A DNA stretch of 64,000 nucleotides from Spirochaetes bacterium ADurb.Bin133 (lineage in GTDB: Bacteria > Spirochaetota > GWE2-31-10 > MWDO01). Shown piece after piece: positions 55,739-64,000 of this stretch. The DNA lies in assembly GCA_002070605.1 (NCBI GenBank), contig MWDO01000004.1, positions 8,184 to 72,183 on the forward strand, given 5' to 3'. How positions within the stretch are numbered: position 1 is the stretch's first letter; each line of letters starts with the position of its first letter. The position numbers and the translations under genes were made by a program. The notes under the pieces were generated by a model that was not told the DNA's origin, made no database searches, and saw nothing but the letters and a program-made list of their open reading frames with translations.

Positions 55739-56596
55739 ATGAGTAATTTTAGAGTCGCGTATTTACTTATCGTTTTGGTTTTGTTATTTGGCTGTTCGGT
55801 GAAAAAAGATGCAAAATATTATAAAAAGGTTGAAAATCTTTTTATTGACAATAAAATAGACAAAATATTAAAAATAGCGGGAAAAAATGAAAATAAGATC
55901 GACGTGAATTTAATTTTTTTTTCCATAAGACATAACAAACCGGAATTACTAAAAAGATTTATTCCGCGCTCGCTGACCTCCGATTACGCCAAAAATGATC
56001 TTTTCAAATCTGCGATTATATCCGAAGCGATTGATTCCGGGAGCGTTGAAATGTTTAAGATCGTCGACGATCAAATAATCAACGACGACGATTTCTACAT
56101 AAAATATAATAATTTTGAAGGGACAAAACTTGATAAAGCGGTTCAATGCGGCGACAAGGAGATGATCGACTATCTGCTAAGTAAAAATTCGAAAGGAGTA
56201 TGGACTCTCTGCTATGCGGTACAGAAGAATGATATCGAACTTGTCGATAAAGTGTTTCATACAGGCTCGGGTAAAACCTGGGATTTTGCTCTGGTGGTCG
56301 CGGTACAACAGGGCAGTTTTGATATTATCAAATATTTTATCGAACAAAAAAAAATATCGCCAAATATATATTTTGAATGGAAGCCGGATTACCCGCCGTT
56401 TGTGAGAGAATTTTACGAACTATACCAGGTAGATCCCGGCGGCGGTTATACGGAAACGGCTACCGGAGAAGCGTTGAGATTTATGAATATGATGGTAGTC
56501 GATTATTTAAGATCCAAAGGGGGAAAGTCCATGAAAGAACTTGGATTTACTCCGCCTAAACCTTCCGAAGAATTTCATAGCGACCATACGCATTAA
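55739..56596 (+). CDS. Lipoprotein with ankyrin-like repeats
   Basis: Lipobox LLFGCS. Repeated helix-pair motifs (DKAVQCGDKEMIDYLLSKN, CYAVQKNDIELVDKVF, ALVVAVQQGSFDIIKYFIEQ). Confidence 0.4.
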   Translation: MSNFRVAYLLIVLVLLFGCSVKKDAKYYKKVENLFIDNKIDKILKIAGKNENKIDVNLIFFSIRHNKPELLKRFIPRSLTSDYAKNDLFKSAIISEAIDSGSVEMFKIVDDQIINDDDFYIKYNNFEGTKLDKAVQCGDKEMIDYLLSKNSKGVWTLCYAVQKNDIELVDKVFHTGSGKTWDFALVVAVQQGSFDIIKYFIEQKKISPNIYFEWKPDYPPFVREFYELYQVDPGGGYTETATGEALRFMNMMVVDYLRSKGGKSMKELGFTPPKPSEEFHSDHTH

Positions 56597-56667
56597 AAAG
56601 AAACCGTGTTTCAGACGTAAAACGATAGATATGGATAGATACAAGCGCATAAATTTGATTCATACGG

Positions 56668-59600
56668 TTACGATTTACTTTTATTCCTTAGATAATACAG
56701 TTGCGGAATAATTATTTTATTAGGTTTGTTATTTCCGTCGTAAAAAATATCGATGATCGGTATATTGAAGTCCTTTTGAATTTTTCTAAAAATTGACGCG
56801 GAAACTACCCCGGGACAGCAGAATAACGGATTGAGATGGACCATAGCGTCTACGGTATTATGTTTTATATAATAGAGCGCTCGTCCGACGTTCATCGAGG
56901 TTTCGCCGGCTATAAAATTATTTATCCCAAACTCTTCCATTAGTTTAACCTGCTCCTCCATCGGCGGTTCGAACGAATCCTCAAGTAACTCTTTAAAAAC
57001 ATTCTCATATCGCCTTTCAAAGAGCGATAAGCCGCGTTTGTATTTGATATCAAGCCCGTTATCTCTATAATCGGCGTCCAAAAAGTGAGCCGCGGTTTCC
57101 GTAAAGGAAGGAACTAGAACTTCGCCGTCAAGTTCTTCTATTAGAGAGTATATATCGTCGTTAAGAATAAAGTTATATTTTGCGTAAAGATCGCCGAGTA
57201 CTGCGATACGGGGCTTTCTAACGCTCATATCGACTTGAAGGTTTTGAAATAAATTTTTAATTTCTTTAGCGGCTTCCATTAATGGCTTTTTGTTAGTCAG
57301 ATTGGTTTTGATTAACTCCATCGATCGATTTAGCGCGTCGTCTATATCGGGCGGGTTCTTCGTATAAGGGCGGAATTTATAATATAGTTTATATAAAATT
57401 GATCCCAAAATGTTTACTTCGAGAATATTAACGTTCAACTCTTTTGGAAGTTCGTCGATATGCTTCATTGAGTTGCCGTTGGCGATTTTTATCTTATCGT
57501 AGCCGGCTTTCTCCGAAGCCAATTCGAGAAGTATTGAATATTGATTAAAGTTGCACGCCATACATAGAGTAGGGAGATAGACTATACAATTTTCAGGATT
57601 TAAAGAATATTTTTCTATCGATTCAATTAAGGAACCCGAGATAGCGACGTTCGGCATACACTCCCCGCCCGAAGCGTATCTATATCCTTTGTTTATAATT
57701 TTTTGATCGAGAGGCATTACTATGGCGTTATATCCGTAAGCGGTAAATACAGATTTTTGAAGTTCGCTGATAATGGGACTTACATAAGGTATGAGAACGG
57801 TATCGTTCGGTTCGATAGAATCGTTTTTATACGACTTTATCTCTATGTTTTTGGGAGCGGCGGATTTATGATTTTTGAAGGTCTCAATCGCCGCTTCTAT
57901 TCGAGTTTGATAACCGACGTCGCTGGAGTGTTCGTCGAGCTGAATTATGAGATACGGTTTGTTGTAGCGATTCATAATATCTTTGAAATAACTTATGAGA
58001 TACGAGTCGGGACTGCATCTAAAGCATGTCAGAAATACCGGAAAAAGATTTTCGGTTTTGGCGGCAAATTCGGCCGCGCATATTATCTCTTGTCCGAAAA
58101 TCCAGTGCGCTTTATCAATGAATCTTTTAGCGTAATCGAGTTCTTGAGGTTTAAGTTCTAGCATCGATTGATAAAGAATATCAAATCCGTAATTTTCAAA
58201 CGTTTTTGGGATATTTAAATTTACGACGTTATCAAAAAAAGTATACGGACGCCCGAGAAAGAGAATTTTACTTTTATCGACGTTTTTTAGTATATTCTCG
58301 CCGGCTCTCCTAAATTTCTTTTTGTTTTCAAGGAATTTGTTATAAGAATCTAAAAACATCTCTCTGAGTTTTTCAGAGTCGATATTTGTTATTTTGGAAG
58401 TTATATCGATCAATTCTACGGAAATATCGTTGGTATTAGATTTGTTAAACTTCATTTTTGGCGAGATTAATTTATCTTTAATATTAAGAGCGGTTAGATT
58501 ATCTATAATCGTTGCGGCGTATTCCGAGTAGTAACAATAATACCCGTCGTTGATTTTATCGATGAAATACTCCGTTTCAACCTCATTTTTTATCAAACTT
58601 TTATTGTTGATAATCGTCGGAAAAAAAATGTAGTCGACTTTTTTGTTTTGCAACGACTCGACGAGACCGTGAGCGAGCAGCATAGGCGCGCAAAAGTCGG
58701 AATTGACCAATTTAGAGCCGTTTTTCATCTTTGCTTGGGAGGGCTCCTCTATTATTACTTCAAAACCCGCTTTTTCAAAAAAACTTTTAAATAGCGGATA
58801 GAATTCCGTTAAATAGAGCGTTTTTGGAATTCCGATAATTTTTCCGTTTTTTTCAACTCCGGAAATATTTTCGATAAACGTCGAATTAAATATCTTATCG
58901 ATCGCCGTTTTGGTCTCTTTAACTTTTACTTTATGATCTTCGTATTCTCTGCCGCATTTTAGCCCCCACGCGACTTTGTTTCCGCGAACTTCGTATATCG
59001 AAAGGGCGCATTTGTTTACGCACAGTTCGCAAACTTCCGTAGATAATTTAAATTCAAAGTCTATTCCTGAAAACTTAGACTTTTGATAATTTCTCTCTTT
59101 CAAAATGACCGCGATTCCCAGAGCGCCGGTCAGATGACAATATTTCGATACAAATATCGGCTTTTTGATCTCCTTCTCAAATACGGCGACAAGAGCTTTA
59201 TTTCGCGCGGTGGCTCCCTGAAAAAATATTTTATCTCCAAGATTTTCCCGACCCGCCACTTTAGAGAGGTAGTTGTCTCTTACGCTGTAAAGAACGGCGG
59301 TTATTATCTCTTCTTTGGAATAGCCCTCTGAAAGAAACAAATTTAGATCTCTTTCCATATACACTGTACATCTATCCGAGGTATATGGGGCTTTTCTTCC
59401 AAGCGCCATTTTTGATATATCGTCGAGCGTTATGTCCAGGCGTTTCGCTTGCTCCTCGATAAACGAGCCGGTGCCGGCCGCGCAAACGTAATTCATCGTC
59501 GAACTTACGACGTTTCCATTTTTTAAAAGAGTGAATTTTGAGTCCTGTCCGCCGATCTCGATAATTGTGTCGACGTCGTTGGAAAGAAAGGTCGCGCCTC

Positions 59601-60780
59601 TCGCGTGAGCAGTTATCTCGTTTATTTCCAGATCCGCGTTAATTATCTCTTTGACTAATTTTCTGCCGGAGCCGGTCGTTCCGACTCCTAATATGTTTAT
59701 CTTTTTCCCTGAAAATATTTTTTTAACCTTTTGAAAAATATTTTGAGTCGCTTTTACCGGATCGCCCGCGGTTTTTGTATATAATCCGTATAGGATTTCA
59801 TTATTTTCGTCCGTAATTATCGACTTTGTGCTGGTAGAGCCGATATCAATCCCGATATAAACGTCGGCGACCTCTTTTACTTCCGAATATTTTGTTATCT
59901 CAATGTTGTCTTCGATATAAAACTCGTCCTCGTAAAAATTTGGGTAGTCGGTCGACTCGAGTTTTAGTTCGTCTCTTATCTCTCTTTTGGTAGAGATATT
60001 AGATATAACATTTTTTAAATTCAGGTCTTTTTCTTTACCCAAAAGCGCCGCGCCGATAGCGTTAAAATATGCGCTTTCAGGTATAATTTTGACGGGGCTT
60101 CCCAAAATTTTTGAAAGTTCGGAAACGATTTTTTTATTCTTGCTCACTCCGCCCGCAAATAAAACTCCGCCTTTTAACGTCCTCCCTTTCAACAAATTTG
60201 CAAGAACTCCGCGAGCCATACCTTCGCAAAGTCCCGCGGCGATCGCCTCTTTAGTAAAGCCCTCGGCTTGCGAGTGTATAATATCGGATTTTGCAAAAAC
60301 GGCGCATCTGGTAGCGATAACCGGAGTTTTCCCTTGAAATTTATACGATAATTCGCCTAACTCCTCGCTGGTAAGTCCTATTCTTTCCGCTTGTTGATCG
60401 ATAAAACTTCCGGTGCCCGAAGCGCATAAAGGATTGATAGCGTGTTCTATATAGTTAAAATTTTCGTCAAGAATAATTAACGAATAAGATTCGCAACCGA
60501 TAGTGAGAATATTTCGGCAACCGGTCGATAAATACCTATTTGACTCAACGCTCGCAAGTATCGTATCTATAGTTTTAATTCCTTTTAGATCGACGCTCCC
60601 GCAAATTCCGTAAGATTCAATATCTTTTAAGCTAAATTTTTGAAGCAAAATCTCGATTTCTTCTATTAAGTTCTTGAAAATATTGCCGTTATGAGGAAAA
60701 GTTTTATGAAAAACTACGCCTGAATCTTCCAAGAGAACTATCGAAATATTTTTTGAGCCTATATCGATTCCTAATTTCAT
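56668..60780 (-). CDS. Giant 1370-aa fusion protein: two BadF/BadG/BcrA/BcrD-type (activase-like) ATPase domains plus a 2-hydroxyglutaryl-CoA dehydratase D-component-like domain. PlsA/PlsR (anaerobic plasmalogen synthase)-like architecture.
   Basis: Two N-terminal actin-fold ATPase modules (LGIDIGSKNISIVLLE.. and YIGIDIGSTSTKSII..) with conserved Cys pairs. C-terminal HgdB-like module with FCAPMLLAHG and CPGVVSA motifs. Confidence 0.8.
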   Translation of the reverse strand: MKLGIDIGSKNISIVLLEDSGVVFHKTFPHNGNIFKNLIEEIEILLQKFSLKDIESYGICGSVDLKGIKTIDTILASVESNRYLSTGCRNILTIGCESYSLIILDENFNYIEHAINPLCASGTGSFIDQQAERIGLTSEELGELSYKFQGKTPVIATRCAVFAKSDIIHSQAEGFTKEAIAAGLCEGMARGVLANLLKGRTLKGGVLFAGGVSKNKKIVSELSKILGSPVKIIPESAYFNAIGAALLGKEKDLNLKNVISNISTKREIRDELKLESTDYPNFYEDEFYIEDNIEITKYSEVKEVADVYIGIDIGSTSTKSIITDENNEILYGLYTKTAGDPVKATQNIFQKVKKIFSGKKINILGVGTTGSGRKLVKEIINADLEINEITAHARGATFLSNDVDTIIEIGGQDSKFTLLKNGNVVSSTMNYVCAAGTGSFIEEQAKRLDITLDDISKMALGRKAPYTSDRCTVYMERDLNLFLSEGYSKEEIITAVLYSVRDNYLSKVAGRENLGDKIFFQGATARNKALVAVFEKEIKKPIFVSKYCHLTGALGIAVILKERNYQKSKFSGIDFEFKLSTEVCELCVNKCALSIYEVRGNKVAWGLKCGREYEDHKVKVKETKTAIDKIFNSTFIENISGVEKNGKIIGIPKTLYLTEFYPLFKSFFEKAGFEVIIEEPSQAKMKNGSKLVNSDFCAPMLLAHGLVESLQNKKVDYIFFPTIINNKSLIKNEVETEYFIDKINDGYYCYYSEYAATIIDNLTALNIKDKLISPKMKFNKSNTNDISVELIDITSKITNIDSEKLREMFLDSYNKFLENKKKFRRAGENILKNVDKSKILFLGRPYTFFDNVVNLNIPKTFENYGFDILYQSMLELKPQELDYAKRFIDKAHWIFGQEIICAAEFAAKTENLFPVFLTCFRCSPDSYLISYFKDIMNRYNKPYLIIQLDEHSSDVGYQTRIEAAIETFKNHKSAAPKNIEIKSYKNDSIEPNDTVLIPYVSPIISELQKSVFTAYGYNAIVMPLDQKIINKGYRYASGGECMPNVAISGSLIESIEKYSLNPENCIVYLPTLCMACNFNQYSILLELASEKAGYDKIKIANGNSMKHIDELPKELNVNILEVNILGSILYKLYYKFRPYTKNPPDIDDALNRSMELIKTNLTNKKPLMEAAKEIKNLFQNLQVDMSVRKPRIAVLGDLYAKYNFILNDDIYSLIEELDGEVLVPSFTETAAHFLDADYRDNGLDIKYKRGLSLFERRYENVFKELLEDSFEPPMEEQVKLMEEFGINNFIAGETSMNVGRALYYIKHNTVDAMVHLNPLFCCPGVVSASIFRKIQKDFNIPIIDIFYDGNNKPNKIIIPQLYYLRNKSKS

Positions 60781-60861
60781 AAGAATTTCCTTAACAAAAA
60801 GATGTATTTATAAATATTTATATTTAATTACTATATAAATGTCAAATTAATATTATTTGTA

Positions 60862-60930
60862 TCCCGTCGGGTTTTTTGGGAATTAAAAATATTTGTTTCA
60901 TATGTGTCATTTTATTTGACACATATGCGA
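60862..60930. repeat. Truncated MITE-like element (left end plus conserved block plus two units) with no right inverted repeat
   Basis: TCCCGTCGGGTTTTTTGGG-AATTAAAAATATTTGTTTCATATGTGTCATTTTATTTGACACATATGCGAC. Confidence 0.55.
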
Positions 60931-61039
60931 CTGTTTCGACATGCGGGTCAAGGGCGTTTCGCCCTTGCGCTGTCCGAGTAGGACAAGATCTTGACTTTTT
61001 ATAAAATTTAACTTATATTTAGAATAAGAGGTAAATAAT

Positions 61040-61249
61040 ATGAGAACAATAATAATAAAAACTACCGATAAATCCTATAATCAAGTTATTAGTTTAATAA
61101 AAAAAATTCCGGATATTAAATATTACGACGACGAAGACGATGTTTTTACTGAGGAAGATGAAAAAGCGTATATTGAAGCAAAAAAAGAATTAGAAAATGG
61201 CGAAACAAAATCATGGGATGAATTAAAAAAGGAACTAAATCTTGTATAA
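61040..61249 (+). CDS. Putative antitoxin of a RelE/ParE module
   Basis: A 69-aa acidic protein overlapping the toxin start by 8 nt. AT-rich. Confidence 0.45.
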   Translation: MRTIIIKTTDKSYNQVISLIKKIPDIKYYDDEDDVFTEEDEKAYIEAKKELENGETKSWDELKKELNLV

Positions 61250-61511
61250 GATTGAAATTTCAAAAAGCGTTGAGAAGTTCTTAAAATCTAGAAATAGAAA
61301 TGTTCAAATAAAAATTAGTAAAATGATAGATGTTATTTCAGTTAATCCATTTATTACTAATCTTGATATAAAAGAGCTTAAAGGTAATAAAAATCATTAT
61401 AGACTAAGAGTTGGTAAATATCGCATTTTATATGAAATAATCGACGAAAAGATATTAATATATTTTTATAAAGCAGATTCAAGAGGCGATATTTATAAAA
61501 AGTCTGGTTAG
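61242..61511 (+). CDS. Type II toxin, RelE/ParE family; paralogue of 28276..28533
   Basis: HYRLRVGKYRILYEIIDEKILIYFYKADSRGDIY is the RelE/ParE C-terminal hallmark. Confidence 0.75.
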   Translation: MYKIEISKSVEKFLKSRNRNVQIKISKMIDVISVNPFITNLDIKELKGNKNHYRLRVGKYRILYEIIDEKILIYFYKADSRGDIYKKSG

Positions 61512-61513
61512 TC

Positions 61514-62470
61514 TTAAAAAACCGTTACTCTCATGGGATTGATAATAGCGCCGTATCTTCTGACTTCAAAATGAAGGTGGCTTCCCGTAGATCGTCCGGT
61601 CGAGCCCATAAGCCCGATTATTCTTCCCGCTTCTACCCATGTTCCGTTTTTTACTAGGAATTTGCTCAGATGCCCGTAGTAGGAGACGTAACCGGAAGTG
61701 TGCTGAATTTTTATGGCGTTGCCAAGAGGCCAGTAAGAACCTACAAAAATCACTTTACCCGGAGCCGCGGCGTATATATACGAACCGGCGCTATTTGCTA
61801 TATCTACTCCCGAATGGTACGACCTAAGTTTAGTCCACGGGTCTTTTCTATAGCCAAAATACGAAGTAAAGCGCCCGTAGCAAGGTCTTCTAAAATATTC
61901 CCCAAGAAGGAGTTGTTTTGAGATGTTGTCGTGATGAATACCGGGGATAAAAACGGTCTTAACGTCCGACGAAGCGTCGCAATTATTAACTCTTAAGATT
62001 TCCTCTTTTTCTACGCCGTACTTATCGGAAATTTTTTCAAGAGTGTTGTTTTTTGTTACGTTTTCTACGATACCGTCTTGATTGGGAATCATAACTTTGG
62101 TTCCGAGAACTATCTTTGAAGGTATGGCAATATTGTTGTATTTGATTATCGTTACTTCGTCTATTCCAAATTTACCCGCTATGCTGTGAATAGAGTCGCC
62201 TATTTTGACGTAATAATCGAGATGCGATAGCGGAGCGGATATCGTATCGGGCGTATACGCTCCTCCGACCCCCTCGCTGTTTGAGTTATTGTCGTCGTAT
62301 AAACTTTTTACAGATTTTAGATTTCTCTGTTTGATAAGGATATTGTTATTCTCAAAGAAGCCCAGCGAAAATATCGCAAAAAGCATTAGAAAGAGCGTTA
62401 GAGCGCTAACCAGGTATAGTATAATAAAATTATTCTTGTAGTCTTTGTCCATTTTTCTTCTTCTGATCAT
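61514..62470 (-). CDS. LysM-domain M23-family metallopeptidase
   Basis: LysM motif (YVKIGDSIHSIAGKFGI) and M23 motifs HSGVDIA and GSTGRSTGSHLHFEV. Confidence 0.85.
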   Translation of the reverse strand: MIRRRKMDKDYKNNFIILYLVSALTLFLMLFAIFSLGFFENNNILIKQRNLKSVKSLYDDNNSNSEGVGGAYTPDTISAPLSHLDYYVKIGDSIHSIAGKFGIDEVTIIKYNNIAIPSKIVLGTKVMIPNQDGIVENVTKNNTLEKISDKYGVEKEEILRVNNCDASSDVKTVFIPGIHHDNISKQLLLGEYFRRPCYGRFTSYFGYRKDPWTKLRSYHSGVDIANSAGSYIYAAAPGKVIFVGSYWPLGNAIKIQHTSGYVSYYGHLSKFLVKNGTWVEAGRIIGLMGSTGRSTGSHLHFEVRRYGAIINPMRVTVF

Positions 62471-62487
62471 AGTAATTTTATCGGATT

Positions 62488-63690
62488 TTACAACATTATC
62501 TTTAACGGGTCAACTAATTTCCCATCTTTTCTTATCTCAAGGTGAAGATGAGGTCCGGTGCTTCTCCCCGTCGATCCTACTTTTCCGATAACCGCCCCCT
62601 GATTTACAAAGTCTCCTTTCTTGACGTCGACTTTATTCAGATGGGCGTATAATAAGATTATATCATCATTATATTTAATTTCAATATAATTTCCATAAAC
62701 TTTATTTTTTCCGACAAAAGAGACTTCTCCGCTAGTTACCGCGAGAACTTTTGCGTTGAGATCGTCTTTAATGTCTATTCCCGTATGAAAACTGTACGCC
62801 TTTGTGAAAGGGTCTATTCTAGGTCCGTATTTTGAAGTTATCTTTCTGCTTTTCAAGGGCCAAAGATAAATTTCCGAATAGAACCGTTTTTTTTCATAAT
62901 CCGTCATTTTTGATCCAGGGATAAATAAAGAGTCTCCCTCTACGATCAGAGAAGATTCTATTCCGTTAGCGTCGGCTATATTTTCCCATTTTACGCCGTA
63001 ACGATTGGCTATCTTAAATATAGAGTCGTTTTTGCCGACTTTTATTGTTCTACCGTCGCGGTTTGGAATTTTAAGGAGCATCCCGGACTTAACCGAGTTA
63101 GTATTTTTAAGGTTGTTTACAAGAATTATTGTGTCTTTAAGAAGACCAAATTTTTTCGAGATAGAATTTAGATTCTCGTTATTTACGACTCTGTATTTTG
63201 AATATTCGACTTTGCCCGTTACAAACTGCGTTATTTGACCGGGATCGCTCTCTTCTTTATCGTTTTCATCGTCTTCAAAAAAAACGTAGCTTTCGAGGTA
63301 TTTATCGGGATTATCTTCTCTCATAACGTCAAATTCTATATCTCCTCTTTTTTTAGTATTAAGATTTGAGGCGGAACTGATAGAGATTGACAAAAAAAAT
63401 AGGGTTATAAATATACAAAGAAACGACGCGGTATAAATTATTTTATACTTCGCAAGAAAGTTTGAACCGCTTTTGGCTCGTCTCCTTTTGGTTTGTTTTA
63501 AAGTAGAATTCAAAGCAGAAATAGAATAGGAGTTAATACTCTTTTTATTAACGACGGCTTTTTTTCTTATATTGACGGCCGGCGATTTGGGAGCGTATTC
63601 CCACGTTATTCCAAGCAAGTTTTTATTTTTATTATTCAATATGACTCTCCGATATTTTCTATTTCGACAATATAGATTTTTCTTTAACAA
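62488..63690 (-). CDS. M23-family metallopeptidase with two LysM domains
   Basis: Two LysM blocks and M23 motifs HTGIDIK and GSTGRSTGPHLHLEI. Confidence 0.85.
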   Translation of the reverse strand: MLKKNLYCRNRKYRRVILNNKNKNLLGITWEYAPKSPAVNIRKKAVVNKKSINSYSISALNSTLKQTKRRRAKSGSNFLAKYKIIYTASFLCIFITLFFLSISISSASNLNTKKRGDIEFDVMREDNPDKYLESYVFFEDDENDKEESDPGQITQFVTGKVEYSKYRVVNNENLNSISKKFGLLKDTIILVNNLKNTNSVKSGMLLKIPNRDGRTIKVGKNDSIFKIANRYGVKWENIADANGIESSLIVEGDSLFIPGSKMTDYEKKRFYSEIYLWPLKSRKITSKYGPRIDPFTKAYSFHTGIDIKDDLNAKVLAVTSGEVSFVGKNKVYGNYIEIKYNDDIILLYAHLNKVDVKKGDFVNQGAVIGKVGSTGRSTGPHLHLEIRKDGKLVDPLKIML

Positions 63691-63783
63691 AAAATTTTAA
63701 AATTCATACAAATTATTAATTAAACTTTTTTCGGATATATAAGATAATTAATAATATATTTAACAATTTCTCGGAGACAAAAT

Positions 63784-64000
63784 TTGAAAAAAAAGATATT
63801 AACGACTTTCGCTATATTAGCTCTATCCGGAATGTTTCTAAACTCTGAAGATAAAACCGTAAAATGGAACGTATCGGATAATATCGCCGATTTTATTTAT
63901 AAACAAAAAAACGTGGAAAAAATTTATTACGGGGATAAACCGGTCGGCTACGGTTTGTCGAAAAATATTTACGGAGTAAAGAGCGACGTCGAGCTCTACC
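63784..64000 (+). CDS. 5' part of a secreted protein gene (TTG start, signal peptide), running off the window
   Basis: An open frame LKKKILTTFAILALSGMFLNSEDKT runs to the window end. Confidence 0.3.
   Translation, partial: MKKKILTTFAILALSGMFLNSEDKTVKWNVSDNIADFIYKQKNVEKIYYGDKPVGYGLSKNIYGVKSDVELY

Noticed and set aside
1-64000. tRNA, rRNA or other structured RNA genes
   Set aside because: All gaps over 50 bp were scanned by eye for tRNA T-loop (GTTCGAATC-like) or anticodon-arm patterns and for rRNA-like segments. None was found. Small ncRNAs cannot be excluded without covariance-model searches.

Overview
The window is a 64-kb stretch of a low-to-moderate GC, AT-rich bacterial chromosome. The gene content suggests an anaerobic, flagellated organism: a cheY-cheX pair, flgG behind a sigma-28-type promoter, many lipoprotein-like signal peptides, and a ferredoxin-based 2-oxoacid oxidoreductase. 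A spirochete-like lineage is possible but not proven. Coding density is high and most CDSs are ordinary housekeeping or accessory genes. The recognisable ones are: acyl-CoA synthetase, FabI, 4-subunit 2-oxoacid:ferredoxin oxidoreductase plus aconitase, PaaK with an ACT protein, two PlsC-type acyltransferases, a YegS-type lipid kinase, an XPB-like helicase operon, NadR-like protein, NrnA, a beta-lactamase-fold hydrolase, a U32 peptidase, QueF followed by a B12-radical-SAM protein, two orphan histidine kinases, MATE, CorA, SulP, M15 and M23 peptidases, and two RelE/ParE toxin-antitoxin pairs. Three things stand out. First, a dense and apparently novel intergenic repeat family occupies 12 loci. 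Each is built from 1-6 copies of an 18-bp palindrome of the form TTGAC-N-CATATG-N-GTCAA. Several copies are bounded by roughly 20-bp terminal inverted repeats (GGCGCCCCGTCGGTTTTTTGGGG ... CCCCAAAAAACCGACGGGGCGCC), which makes them MITE-like. All 12 loci lie in gaps that contain a gene 5' end. Two elements sharing an identical 44-bp block bracket an AT-rich PIN-toxin cassette, and two arrays bracket a pair of large secreted proteins. Second, there are two paralogous giant proteins, each a BadF/BadG/BcrA/BcrD-type activase fused to an HgdB-like dehydratase domain. One is 1370 aa and the other is cut by the window start. Their architecture matches the anaerobic plasmalogen synthase PlsA/PlsR family. 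Both sit among lipid genes; the complete paralogue sits beside a stand-alone KAS, a methyltransferase and an ankyrin lipoprotein, and the truncated one beside the acyl-CoA ligase and fabI. Third, an XPB(RED-motif) helicase, an unknown partner and a ComF-like protein form an operon. A 54-aa 2[4Fe-4S] ferredoxin gene is absent from the ORF track. No rRNA, tRNA or CRISPR array was found.
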